A stretch of DNA of 64,000 nt from Yuukianura sp. NJ FZ-2021 (lineage: Eukaryota), in assembly GCA_046563655.1 (NCBI GenBank), contig CM102285.1, forward strand, positions 9,176,001 through 9,240,000. Direction: 5' to 3'. The notes beneath the pieces are model-generated. The model was not told where the DNA came from, did not search any database, and saw only the letters and a list, made by a program, of their open reading frames with translations. Positions 50,767 through 63,058 of the stretch are shown piece after piece. The position numbers were made by a program, and so were the translations under genes. Each line of letters starts with the position of its first letter. Positions within the stretch are counted from its first letter, which is position 1.

Positions 50767-51268
50767 TTTGAGGGAAAAAAATGCTGTGGTTGTTACTATT
50801 ACACGGATAAAGGTGAAATAATATATTTCTAGGCAAGCTTTTATTTGAAATAGTTTTAGTGACTTCTATTAATTGCAATTGTTGAAAAGAGAAAGAATTT
50901 ACTCAACTGGGCATTGTTCCATTGTTTCGATTTACAATGGAAGGTTGTAATTTAACGTTAAGCAACTACGTACTTATAGAAACTATAGGAGTTATTTCCA
51001 GCTTAATAATCATGAGTTCGAAAAGTGGCCTTACTTTATGCTCATTCTACTCAAAATTGAAATAAGTAAAATTGAACCATTAATAAGTAGTACAATTTGT
51101 GCCAAACGGTACAAATGGAAAGGAATTTTGTATAGGGAAAGCAGTGAACTTTGAAAGACAAGGGTCAGGTTTTATTGATTGTCCGATGTATTATCATAAT
51201 TACGCTCATGACACTGACACTGCGATGTGTACACTTTCAACTTTCCAGATCTTCCAAAATGTAGCAGT

Positions 51269-52146
51269 TTACCAAAGATGTTTCAATGCAAATCGAGTCG
51301 TAGCCAATCCAAGCATAATCATTCCGACGATTCCGAACGTTCCTCGTGCTCTCTTCCGCGGATCACCGGTGTAGTAGCCCTTTGCGTATGAAATTCTGCC
51401 CGCAATCCAGATGATTCCGCCCAAAGTGCTAGAAATGATCAAAATAATTTATATTTTACTTTATGTTTAAATTTATGTTTAATTGAAATATAGTTTTTGC
51501 TGTTACGAAAAGTATGGCATCTCCAGTCCTCCAATGAGCAACATCAGCAGGAACTGTGGATAGTTCTCCAGCGTGTTCTGATGAGCTCGCTGCACACAGT
51601 TGAAGGCGACATTGTCAGCTGAATACATTGCTGCAAATTAGAAAAGTAAAGGTATAACATTAATTTTTCGTTTCCAGTTTTTAACACAAAGTTTTGGCAA
51701 ACTATTTGAAATTGTTACTTGCCTGGGTAAGGAACTTTATGTTCAGCTCTCGCCTGTCCGACTCGGATCGCCTTCCAGGTAAGCAGCATGACTGATCCAA
51801 TCGCTGTCATGACCACGAATCCGTAGCCTGATGGAATAGCACTCGTGTAAGGAGGAGGTATGACTGGCATTGGCTTCAGCGCTGGAAGAGCCGCTGGAAC
51901 GCATTTGGAAACGACTGCTTTCGGAACAGCCGAACCGAGACAAGCGTCGCAACTGTTGGCCACTGGTGGAGTCACGGCGGTTGGAGATGGTGGTACCGGC
52001 AAAGACGCAGGCGCAGGCGCTGGGCATGAGGGTGGTGCTGGACAGCACAGCGGCTTAATAGGTGGGCAGCATTCCTGGACTGGCGGTGGACAGCACGGCT
52101 TGACTGGTGCTGGAGGTGCTGGAACTTTTGGGCCTCCGCAAGACAT
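51269..52146 (-). CDS. MGST3: Microsomal glutathione S-transferase 3-like (MAPEG family) with a ~100-aa Cys/Pro-rich N-terminal extension, 235 aa
   Basis: Exons 52146-51723, 51630-51507 and 51428-51269. Motifs YGFV...[36 protein letters not shown]...[17 protein letters not shown]. The first intron is GC-AG. Confidence 0.93.
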
Positions 52147-52315
52147 TTCAAACTACAATTGACCTGGACTATACAACAAACCGAAAATTTGGAATTTAGA
52201 TGCGGACGATTTTGATGTGTCTTCGCTGACCTCTGAAGTAACACTGAGAAGCTGCTCTGTCAAATTTGTTCTCGTTAGTTGACAAATGTTTAAACAATTA
52301 TAGTAATATTGTTTG

Positions 52316-52329
52316 GTTACCATGGGAAC
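52316..52329. promoter_or_regulatory. RFX X-box upstream of the MGST3-like gene
   Basis: GTTCCCATGGTAAC on the minus strand, 170 bp upstream of the ATG. Forkhead-like TGTTTAAACA at 52287-52296. Confidence 0.7.
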
Positions 52330-53140
52330 AACATACGAACAAATTGTCTTGAGATCTTCTAAAAATAAAACTCAATTATCCTAAAAAAGCGAAATAAATC
52401 GTATTGCATTGACTTCCATGTATAGTACATGACCTGTCAAATTAATTTGCAGCTATTTGTGCGTTTTATTGTCTCAACTTAAAGAATCCCTCGGTGCCTT
52501 CGGTTTTTCTGTATTATTTACATAAATGAAGTATTAACTTAATTAGTATATTAGTTAATCATAATTACTTCAAACAGTATTATTTTATTCTAATGTTTAA
52601 CTCAGTTTATGTATTGGTAAGATGCATCTTAGGATCTTCGCATAGCATTTTCCTGTTAAATATTAATAATCCAGAAACGTGGTAACTCAATGTGAACTCG
52701 AAAACACGACACCATAAATTCACCATAATATATTATCATGTTCTATTAAATAATTCATTTTGCTTTGTATTAATTTCAAATGACTGTGTAAAATATTTCC
52801 AAAATTATTAAGGTCATTAATAAGTTTTTGTTAATTCTTCACGAAGACGCAATCATAATTAGTAAAACCCGAAGTAAACTTTCTGTTGTAGACATTCCAC
52901 GCAGTCTGTAAAGTCGAGCGACAACCTTATAAACTAAAACAGAAAAAAGATATGAAGTTTTGTACAAATTTTCCTTGACTGATTTTTTGATCCCCATTCA
53001 TTAACATTATTAAAAAGTTGCTGATATTTTTTAGGAATTAAGTTTGAAGAACAAGGATCAAGTTTGGAATGTTCGTTAGGCTTTCAAATATTGCGATTAG
53101 TTGTGATTAAAAGTTTAGGAAATCCAAAGTAGCAAATAGC

Positions 53141-56100
53141 TTAAATAGCAGCATTGAAGATCACGTTTCTCAATTGTGCTGCTGCGGATGTCGTCTCCCA
53201 AATATGATCAATGATTTTTTGCATTGGTAAGATTTTAGGAAAGTCTCTAGTTGCTGTTTTGCTGGCTTCATGGAGAGCCACAACGGCCTTGTGCAAATCA
53301 TCTGCCTTGGCCTCAACTTCAACCTTGACATTTTCGTTAGAAAAGTTGCGATGAATTGTGTCTCCAGCGAAGAGCATTTTGTATGCCAACAGAATAACAT
53401 ATTTCAAATGTCCATTGAAAATTCTAGGAGGATCGTTCTGATGTACAGAAGATATGAATGTTGAGATTGATTGAGACAGGAGAGGAGTAATGGTTCCAAT
53501 TTGTGCTGAATAGAATTCAAGAATTTGTTGATCTCTTGAATTTAGTAAACTAATTGCTTCCGTGACCTTTGGATCTTCTGCTGGAGCTGCAGAAAGCGTC
53601 ACATAGTCATAGTCTTCTTGTCCTTCATCTACTGTAGTTTGAGGAATGGCTGTCACCGATGCTGCAGAATTGGCTCTCTGTGATTTACAAATGTCAAAGG
53701 TTATCATTTGAATTAAACCTTTAATTCAAAAATTAGCAATCTTACACTTGTTTCTGACTCCTCAAGTTCTTGAAATATTGCTGTAGAATTGAGGGCAATG
53801 AAATTGGCAATTTCCGTTGCATCGTACTGAAGACTACGGGCACACAAAACCAATTGGTCTAAAGCGTCTCCCGTGTCTTTTTCGTCAGCCGAAACGCTAA
53901 GTCTGTCTACAGACCAAAGGTAGGCTTCCAGTTCATCAACATCTTTCTGAATTATTTGAGAAGCATTGGATACTGGGGCCAAAAGCTTCTGCAGTCGTAT
54001 CACAAGGGTGTCTAGTTTCAATTTTTTAGCGTTTAGAACAGCGCGGCCACAGAAATCGCCAAAGTCCTGAAAATTGTAACAAAAAATCAACATTTCAAAA
54101 AAGTTTCAATTCAATTTGAAATTTTGATAATCAAAAATTGAATTTACCTTAACGCCTAAGTTGAGCCGAACGCAGCCAAACCTAAGATCAGGCATAATTT
54201 CATTCAGGTTCTCCTTCAGTCGCCATTTTGGTTTGACAAAATTTAAAATTGAAGTTATTGCAGTAACTACTTCTTGGCGCAGTTTTTCACAAATTGTAAC
54301 TGCTGCTTTAGGACAAAGTGGTAAAATTTTGACCTCCAATGAAAGTGATGATGATTGACTATGCCTATTAGACTCAAAATTAATCGAACTTGCTAGAGAT
54401 ACTCTGGATGTGTCATGGGTCAAAGGCCTTCTCATGCCTGTCACAATGTCATGACCGCCGTGACATGATAAAGTCTCCGTTGAATCACACACTGACGCTG
54501 CTCTGGGCATGTCATAACTGGTATCAAAGGAAGAGGTACTCAAAGATGAGCTTCGGAGGGAACCGTTAAGTCCTGGAATCGAAGGTGGAACATCGTAGGC
54601 CTCAGAAATACTATCATTCTTTGAACTCACACTACAAATACTGCCAGCATTTTTTAGGCTTCCAGCATTTCTTAAAATGACTCCAAAATGTGTTTCGATC
54701 GAAGCATGCGGATTTGATGAACTGCTGCTACTTGCTGTTGAGGAAATACTGGATCGCTTGGACGCGTCTCTGCGTTGATTGATGTAGGAAGCACTTGATG
54801 GAGGCCGATATTGGACGCGGTCATATTTATTTTCAAAGACACTGACGCAGTTCTTTATGTCAGAGCGTGGAGTGTCATAAAGGTCAATGCTCTCCTTGGA
54901 ATCGCTGTTCGGAAGAGCTACACAACTGCGACTTCCGGACATGGATGACGACGAGGTCGAATTCGCTGAACTTGGCGGGCGACTAGTTAAGGCTGATGGC
55001 CTAGGAACGTCATAGTCCAACTCTGCTGGATTTGGCTTTGGTTGCGGTGGAGCCGATTTTAAATTAGCTTCTTGAAATAATTTTTCTAGTTCTCGTATAG
55101 CTTCATCGTTGGAATATATTGACGAATCTTCGGTGTGGGACCTGACTGAAACTGCATTTGATGTGAATGGAAATGATCGCTCTGAACCGGAACTTGTGCT
55201 CTGACTCGATGTGGACGATGAAGAAATAGATGATGCTCGGCTGCTACTTCCAGCCGATCCGAGCTTCAACGCATCACTTCCATGTTTTCGTGAACGCACC
55301 AATGAGGCTGAGGCGTAAATTGGCAACTGACTCTTCGGAACGTCATAGAGATCTAACGGATTTACTTCGACAGGAGGATTATAGCTTTTCGGGACATCAT
55401 AACTCGGGATAGCGTCTTCACCCTGCATAATTAACAATTCAAAAATTAGTTACCGTTGAAAATCTACAATTCAAACAAATTCCACGATACAACCAATTCA
55501 AAATCTAATATGGTTTTTAGATATGTGATTGTTTCCTGACAAAAATCTTACTGAAAAGTGAAAGTTTTCGGTTCGAACTAAGAACACTTTCTGAATGGGA
55601 ATTTCCGGTGAATCAGAGGTCTTTATGAAGGGAACCAGGAAGAATAACAAAAGATGTTTGGGATATATTTCCTTGTTTGCTTCCTGATTTTAAAATTTAG
55701 GGTGGAAACTCAAAGGGCATCTGGATATAGAACCCGATTTCGGGTATTCAACTGTTTCTAAGAACACAACCGTCCTGGTCTTGTCCTTTCATCTGAGGAA
55801 ATACTTCAACGCTCTCATGCGCCAAAATATCGATCTCTTACTAACTTCTGTTCAAATCCTGCTCACGTCGCTGAGTGACAAGTTCGGTTTGGTCAAAATC
55901 CTAAATTCCAAAACTAAATTGAAAACGTTTTCCTCTTAGAACAAAAATGCTTCGTTAAACGCGCATGATTGGACAATTCCTTCATTAGTTATGGTGATGG
56001 ATTACAAGCAGAAAGCTGACATTTGAAGAAACGGACCCGGCAAAAAAAAATGACACGTTCGCTTGAACTTACAACTAAAAAATTTATAACCATCCAGAGA

Positions 56101-57473
56101 GTAGCGGCGTGCTCAAAAATTGCAAAATGGTGTCAAAATTATTAATGCATTAAAGTTGTTTACTTGATACTCAAAGTAGACAATAAGGCACTGGATAGGT
56201 GACAAAATAGCAATTAAAAGTCGTAAGACTATTAAAAATGGTTATAATATAATATTAAGTATACACTTCAAAAACCTCAACAATTTCGTTGTTCTTCCTT
56301 CTGTGTTTTCGGTTTAGTTTTAGATATAGCCAACCTTTTTTTTTAGAAAACGAAGCGACATTCTTAGTCTTTTGTTTTGGAAGATTCGTGTTTCCTCATA
56401 AGTTTACTGGAATTAAAATCAGTATTAATGTAGGTGATGGCGTCAGTGACTAAGACTGTGGGAAGGATTTCTCCATGAATTCTAAATTCAATGCTTAACT
56501 CATAAATAAATCAAGGTTAGACCATCAGGAAAAAATAAATTAATCATTAACCACGAGTATGAAGTATTAGTGACTAATAGTGTTGCCAAATTAAGAACTA
56601 TGACGAATGATCATTGGAAGTTGCATCTTAACAACATCATCTAAGAAATGAGAGATATGAACTTACTTGATTCTGATAATCGTGTTCCAGTAGTTCTAAA
56701 TAATTCCCAGGACAAATTCCCTGAAACATTAAAAAAAAAGCACTTTTATCAAAATGTAAGCAATAATAGTTAATTTCAAGCTCAATAAATCAAGGATTTA
56801 TTCTCCTTCATGTGCCAGCTTCTCACTTTTTTGAGTCAGCGTTGGCATTGTATGGTAAACAAAAGTTGTGCTGAAGTGTTAAAACAATATAAGGAGTACG
56901 CACTGAGGCGTGACATTTTTGAAGACGCGTGACACCTCCTTAAGAGGTTCTCAAATTTATTTAAATTGTAAGTGTGAAGTGGACGTAGTTCGTATTCCAG
57001 TGGACACTGGTTAAGTACCACTTGCATCCATTTTAAGCAAAAACTACTTACTACAACATGTATCTGCGAGCTTTTAAAGTTTAATTTCAATTTACGTTGA
57101 AGTTCTAACGCATAATTTATTTCATAATGACGAAAAACTGCAACAACCTAACAAAATTGCAAGAGTTAACTTCCTCATCTTAGCGCCTTTGGTTTTGGCT
57201 GGGAGTAAAACTTGGCTTTGCGTTGAATGACATTAAAAGAAGCGCACAATTGTTGCAAAATTGGAGAAATTGTAAACTTACGCGTTGGCCAAGCAAACTA
57301 CAGAGCCACCAACCGCGTTGACCTTGATGGTCGAATTCCAGAACCTGGAGGATGTCGCCTTTCCTAAAGAAGAGCTCGTTCTTGGCTTCTGGCGTATTGG
57401 TGTAAAGTGCTCGTGCCAATTTTGGACATTCGGAGTCACCGTTGCTAATTCCAGTTCCGTCCATGTTCACCAT
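53141..57473 (-). CDS. p130CAS: p130Cas / BCAR1-NEDD9 family adaptor
   Basis: Exons 57473-57282, 56720-56667, 55422-54148, 54066-53746 and 53677-53141. SH3 domain (LARALYTN...ELFFRKGDIL...GWWLCSL.G.RGICPGNYL), six YDxP motifs, a serine-rich region, the YDYV Src-binding motif and a C-terminal FAT-like domain. The start codon is uncertain. Confidence 0.93.
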
Positions 57474-60400
57474 GGTGCTCAAGGCAGCAAATGGAGGAGG
57501 TACAATGGTGGGTAGTGGGCCGAGGGTGGGACGCCAAAGTCAACAATAGGTGGGGCAGGAGGAAGTCAAAGGAACTGCGTCTTGGGTTTCCTTTTTCCAA
57601 GGCATCAATTTCACTTGACACGGATTCTTGACAAGGCCCAGGCTGGTTGGTGAATCAGTAGGGCGTTTTCCAGGTTAATACCCCCACACAAACCGATGAT
57701 GACAGCTTTTGTGGTGGGTAATTGATTTGTAGTGGGCAAAATAACTTGAATCTCCTCAATTCAATTGCAGTCTTAAGCTTGATTCGAGTTGCAAAAGTTG
57801 CAACTTAAAAGGACGCCAAGTCTATAAACTGACGCTTTTCAGAAGGAACTGAAAGTTGTTGAGTTGTATAATCGTTAGTTTTGATACGAATGTGTGGCCT
57901 TGTTGCAAATCGTAGAAATGATTGGCGGCCAGGCAGGATCCAAGTACTTGAGATTGTGCAAATTTTAGCAATACTGAGAAATGAGTAACCTGAAATTAAA
58001 TTCAAAGAACTTAAGATTAATTGGCGTAAGCATAATAAGGATAAAGCTCTCAAGGAGAGTAGAAATGCTAAGATAACTTCAACTTTTTTCTGTTTAGCTT
58101 GGCTTGGCTTGTTACTGTTGACGCTCTGCAGCTTGCAGCAATGCTAGCGCTGCTGAAAGGATTTCAGATTATTTTTGGCTTCCAGTGGTCGGCCTAATCA
58201 AACCAGCGTGTGAAACTGACGCATCGAAGACTTACAAAGTACTTTTAGAATTTTAGACTTCAGCGATTTGTTTGACTTATGGCCGGATGACGCTTATGGG
58301 AACTTATCTAATCAACTGGGAAGTTGGACTCCAATTGTGGATTGGAATTCCACAATTATCTTCAATACTTTAACACCTCTTTGTTCACTTGTGCAATTTT
58401 ATCTTCCAATATTTCATAGGAGACGTTGGCAGTTATTTGAAAACAACAACTAGAAATTCACTTCCAAAATAGGACAAGAACAAAACACGAGAAAGCGATT
58501 AATCGTAAATTACTTTTGTTTTACAACACTTTAGTTTAGACACCGTTTTATAGACACGAGAACAAAAACTTTGGCAGAAAAAAAAATAGCACTTTGGCCT
58601 CTCAGAGTTGGCGTCAAAAACATCAAGGGTAGTTTTGTAACTTGTAAATTGCAGAGAATTTTTCAGGAAACTCTACACATTTAGGTTACAATTTGTACTA
58701 AACTTGCAATCAACCTCAAAAACATTTTTGTGTCTCCGTACTGAAGAGTTCTAGGAAGACTTGAATTAGGTTTTAAAAGCAAACATTGGGAAATCGAGGC
58801 TGTTTTCCAAAGTCAACATCTGCAAACGGAACAGCTTTCAATTTCCACTTTTGAGCAACGCAAAATGATATCTTTTGCAAAAACACACTTTCAGCTTATT
58901 TGAATTTCTAAATGTTGAAACTAAAAAGTAAAAAGCTAATAAACAAGTTCACTTTCTGGCAGATTTCAAGTCAAACTTGCTTCCTCTCATCCTCTCCCAC
59001 TACCACCCAAGAGAGATTTAATTTTTGTGAGAACTGTTAGTTTGATGTTTAGCCTTAAGCGATAATTCCACTTGAACCTGAATTTTAACTTGCGAAAAGA
59101 CAATTTGCAAAAATAGTGGGTAGAAATTACCTTGGGTATCTCGTATCCTCAACAATTCTACCTTGGTCCGAGCTGTCTCCTGACTTTCTGTCAAGTCCGG
59201 ATTTCCATACAGAACAATTAAAGGTACCTTGCAAAAAGTTTTGCAAATCACGTAGGAAGTTTGTGCAAAGTGCATAAACGGATTCTGCGTAGTAAGTTGT
59301 TCCTTGGAAGAAATCAAGCCAAGGAAAACTTGCCACATGTAGAAGGTGGGGGTGTTATGTTGCTGGTAGCGTCACTTGACAAATTCAATTGTTGTAGCAA
59401 TACAATCGGCAATTAGAAGGTGTAAAAGTCCAAGGAACCTGCATTTACACACAACACCATCACGTCAGACCACTAACTAAATCTTAAAACTGTTTTGGCT
59501 CACTTCTGTTAAGTGTCGCGCATTCAACTGCACTTGAATCTCTCATCATTGCGAAAATGAGGGTGAGAATGAATTGATGAGGCATCGCAAGAACGTCACA
59601 ACTGAACCGCTAGAGTTATGAGGGATGATGATGCTTATGGATGGCATCATCTTCGTCATTCTTCAAGATGCGACGTCCACTTTCTTCTGGAGATAAACTC
59701 GGAATGACTTCAATTTTGTTTCCAAGCCGGTTGGATATACGAGGGGAAGGTTCCGTTCCTAAAAGGTTTTGAGTTTGGTTAATGCTCTGTCTACGGTGTA
59801 AATGATTATTAGGCTTAGCCTACTATAGTTTTTGCTGTTACAACTTACGACTTACGACTAACAAGGCAAAAATAGGCGGCGTCTTCTCGTTAAAATTTTG
59901 GAAGTTTAGGAACCACAACTTTCGACATTGTCTTCCCATGACTCAGCGACAAGGCAAACAGGATCAGGCATCTTCAACTGTACAGAAAACAGAACGGAAA
60001 AAAATTAGTCAAGGGATGAAGATGAAGATGAGGAAGAAGGGGTAGAAAAAATACAATAGAACGATAAGTCAATTGGATCAAATGATCCAAGACGTTGTAG
60101 TCTATACAACGCCAAGTCAAAGAACCTGGATACAAACTTGTTGCAACCAAAGTCCATTTGTAACTAACGAAGTGAAGGTCAAAGGGCTCCTTTTGAGAAT
60201 GAATGTCCCTTCAAGGGAGGGCTGGTACTTGGAAAGTGTCAAATTACTCTTAAGAATCCTCTCTCGGCAGATTAAGAGACCTTTGACACTTCACGGTCAA
60301 GTGGAAAATGAAATGCAGAAACCCAAGAGCAACAACGTTAATGAACCAAAGTGGATGAGTAACAAAAACGGAAAAGTAAATTCTGTGAAAGTCGGTGAAA

Positions 60401-61040
60401 TTTGAGTGAGACGCCTTACTTTTAAAAGTGATAAATTACAACTTGTCCCAAAATGGTTCTCTCTTTCTGGTTAGTTTACACTTAATTGATGTACGTCTAC
60501 ATTTTAAATCAGAAATTCCACTTTAACTTTTAACCAAAAACCACAGAATCCAAACGAGGAAAGTGTAACAAATGAGTCTGTTGTTTGTTTTAGCCAACTT
60601 GAGGAAAAACATATTTTTGCCAAACTTTCTCTTCTGAAACAAAAAATTATCACAATTATGCCTGAGCAAGTGAAATTAGGAATTGAATTTATTGATGAAA
60701 ATTAAATCGGTTCCTTACCAGAGGACAACGGACTGGCTCATTACAAAAATGTAATTACTGAATCCATGTGGTAAACTTGTGATAATACAAAACATTTCGG
60801 TAACACAAGAATAGAACAACATAGATACTAACAAACTAATTTTTACAAGTTATCTTGAGAAACAGATTCTACCACATAAATTTTAGAATACAGTCTGTAA
60901 AGTAGGACGTAATCAATCCGCAACACAGACAGAAAAGAATATGAGCGTATCGGCGTACGATAAATATATCGATCTAAAAAGATGGAGTTACGGCGAATAA
61001 TTATCTAAATAAATCGGTTAAATTATTACATAAGTTAGTC

Positions 61041-61771
61041 TCAGTCGTCCGCGTAGTTAAGTCGTCTCTTTTTGGCTCGTAGGTCCTTTTCAATCTCAAA
61101 CTCTCTAAGATCAGTCCTCTTCAAAAAGTCTTGGCGCTCCAAGTACCTGTGAAAAGAAAAGTCAAAGTGGGTAAGTACTTTTGCTAATGACTTCATGGCG
61201 TTTGTTCACTGATGAAGGAATGGAGGTTGACTTACCCGTTCTTGCTTTTGATCTGCGTCTTCAGTTCGTCTTCGATTCCTTCTTTTTGTTTGAACGCTTG
61301 CCAATCTTGCTTTGATTTTTCTAGCGTGCCTTCTTTCTTAAGTAGTTTCTTTTGCTGAAGAGCTCGGACAACTGTAGACAGACTGCCTTTCTTTCCTAAA
61401 ATAAAAAATTGAAATGAACTTTCAAAACTTAGTTTGGCTTAGCGTTGAAATTGGATGAATGCATGAATACTCGTGCAGCACAAGTATTCATGGAAGCACA
61501 AGTTGTACTGTACTTCCTTACCAATCAGCCCAATTTTCATAGGATCACCGCTTAGAAATGTAATACCCCCTCGACCTCGCCTTGGTCTCTGAGTTGTACT
61601 GGATTTACTAATACTAGGACCAGTGTTATTGCTATTATTGCTGGAATTGCTATTTTCTGACTTGTCGCCAATTGACGGAATAACGTCATCCTTGTCGTTA
61701 AGCGATGTGGATGTGTCTTCTCCGCTAATTGATGGTGCTGGTGAGCTACACGTAGAACTCTGCTCGCTCAT
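61041..61771 (-). CDS. BCNT-C domain protein (CFDP1/Yeti/Swc5 family), short form of ~170 aa
   Basis: Exons 61771-61522, 61395-61236 and 61146-61041. C-terminus GTLEKSKQDWQAFKQKEGIEDEL....KNGYLERQDFLKRTDLREFEIEKDLR. The 5' end is uncertain. Confidence 0.88.
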
Positions 61772-63058
61772 TTCAGACGTACCTTCGAAATAAACCAATA
61801 CAATAACTAATTAAAGACTTTAATTTATGTATTAATTTACACACTAAAAATAAGGACAGAAACAAGCAGCAGCCCCTCAGCGATGATTAAAAAAACTGAC
61901 TGACCGACCAATGAGTTACTTCACTCATCAGCTAATAACTCCGAGTTATGTTAACACATATATGGGCATTCCCATCGCCGCAAAATGTATTTTAAAAGTA
62001 AAACTGAAGACAATCAATTTTTAACAAAAATTTTATTAATATAATAAACTAAAAAAAATCACAGTTAATTACTCAACTTTAATTAATTACTGACGCCGGG
62101 TGAATTCTGCGTAATTAATTAATTCCAGTTCCCTTTCTTTATTATATGCATAGGCAAATTCAAAGTTCCCTCGGAGTTTCTAAGGTAAGATCACAAATGC
62201 AATGTATGGGTGCGCCAGTTTGTCCGACCCAATCAAGATGTTATGTTATGTGTTATGATATTTTCCATGTTGTGTTGTACATTGCTCTTTTCTTTATTTG
62301 TTTAGATTGATAATAATTATTAATAAGTTAGTATTAGATTAACTATTAATCTAACACCGGTTTAACTATTAAACCGATGTTGCATTAGTTGTATCTAGTG
62401 ATTTAATCAAATCACCAACACAATATCAAACTGCACTGAAATATTTCTAATAACCAAGCTACCATTGGCAAGTACTATAAATGGGAAGCGATTGCAATAA
62501 AATTCGTCAGAGGTTTTCAATGAAACCAATCTGAGATGTAGAATGCGTAAATAAATACTTGCGACCACTTGGTTGATGGAACTTTTACCCTCCCCGACGT
62601 GGGTGATATCAACAAGTTTTTGATAAATGTTGAATACAATTCCGGTTTTCGTCAACCAAATTTCCCGCACCCTGTAATGTCCTCTGTGTTCTTAGAATTT
62701 AATTTTTATCCGAAAAAGACAACAAGGCATAGCCAAGCCAGCCAGCCGGTTTGGAATTGGACACGTCACGTCAATTTCTGAATTCGCTTCTTTAGCCAAT
62801 TTTTTTCTGTCATTTCACTAATCAATAGCTTCTTCGTTATTCTGGAAACACTTGTTGGAAAATCTGTTGGATATTTTAGGTGAGTATAAGAATTCGCCAT
62901 TTTTACTATTTTGCAGTGAGTTCCTGCGTAATGACTGTCAGTCGATAAAAACACACACCGGCATGAGATCTCCCTCTTTAGCCTTAAGTTTAAAGATGTT
63001 TTGATTGTATTTGACACTGACAGGTTGAGAAGAGGTCGACTAGAGCTACTACACTCTA

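Noticed and set aside
51743..52244. Overlapping alternative-frame and antisense ORFs over the MGST3-like exon 1 (similar ones overlap Cas and RPN1)
   Set aside because: By-products of GC-rich, Pro/Ala-rich coding sequence that has few stop codons.
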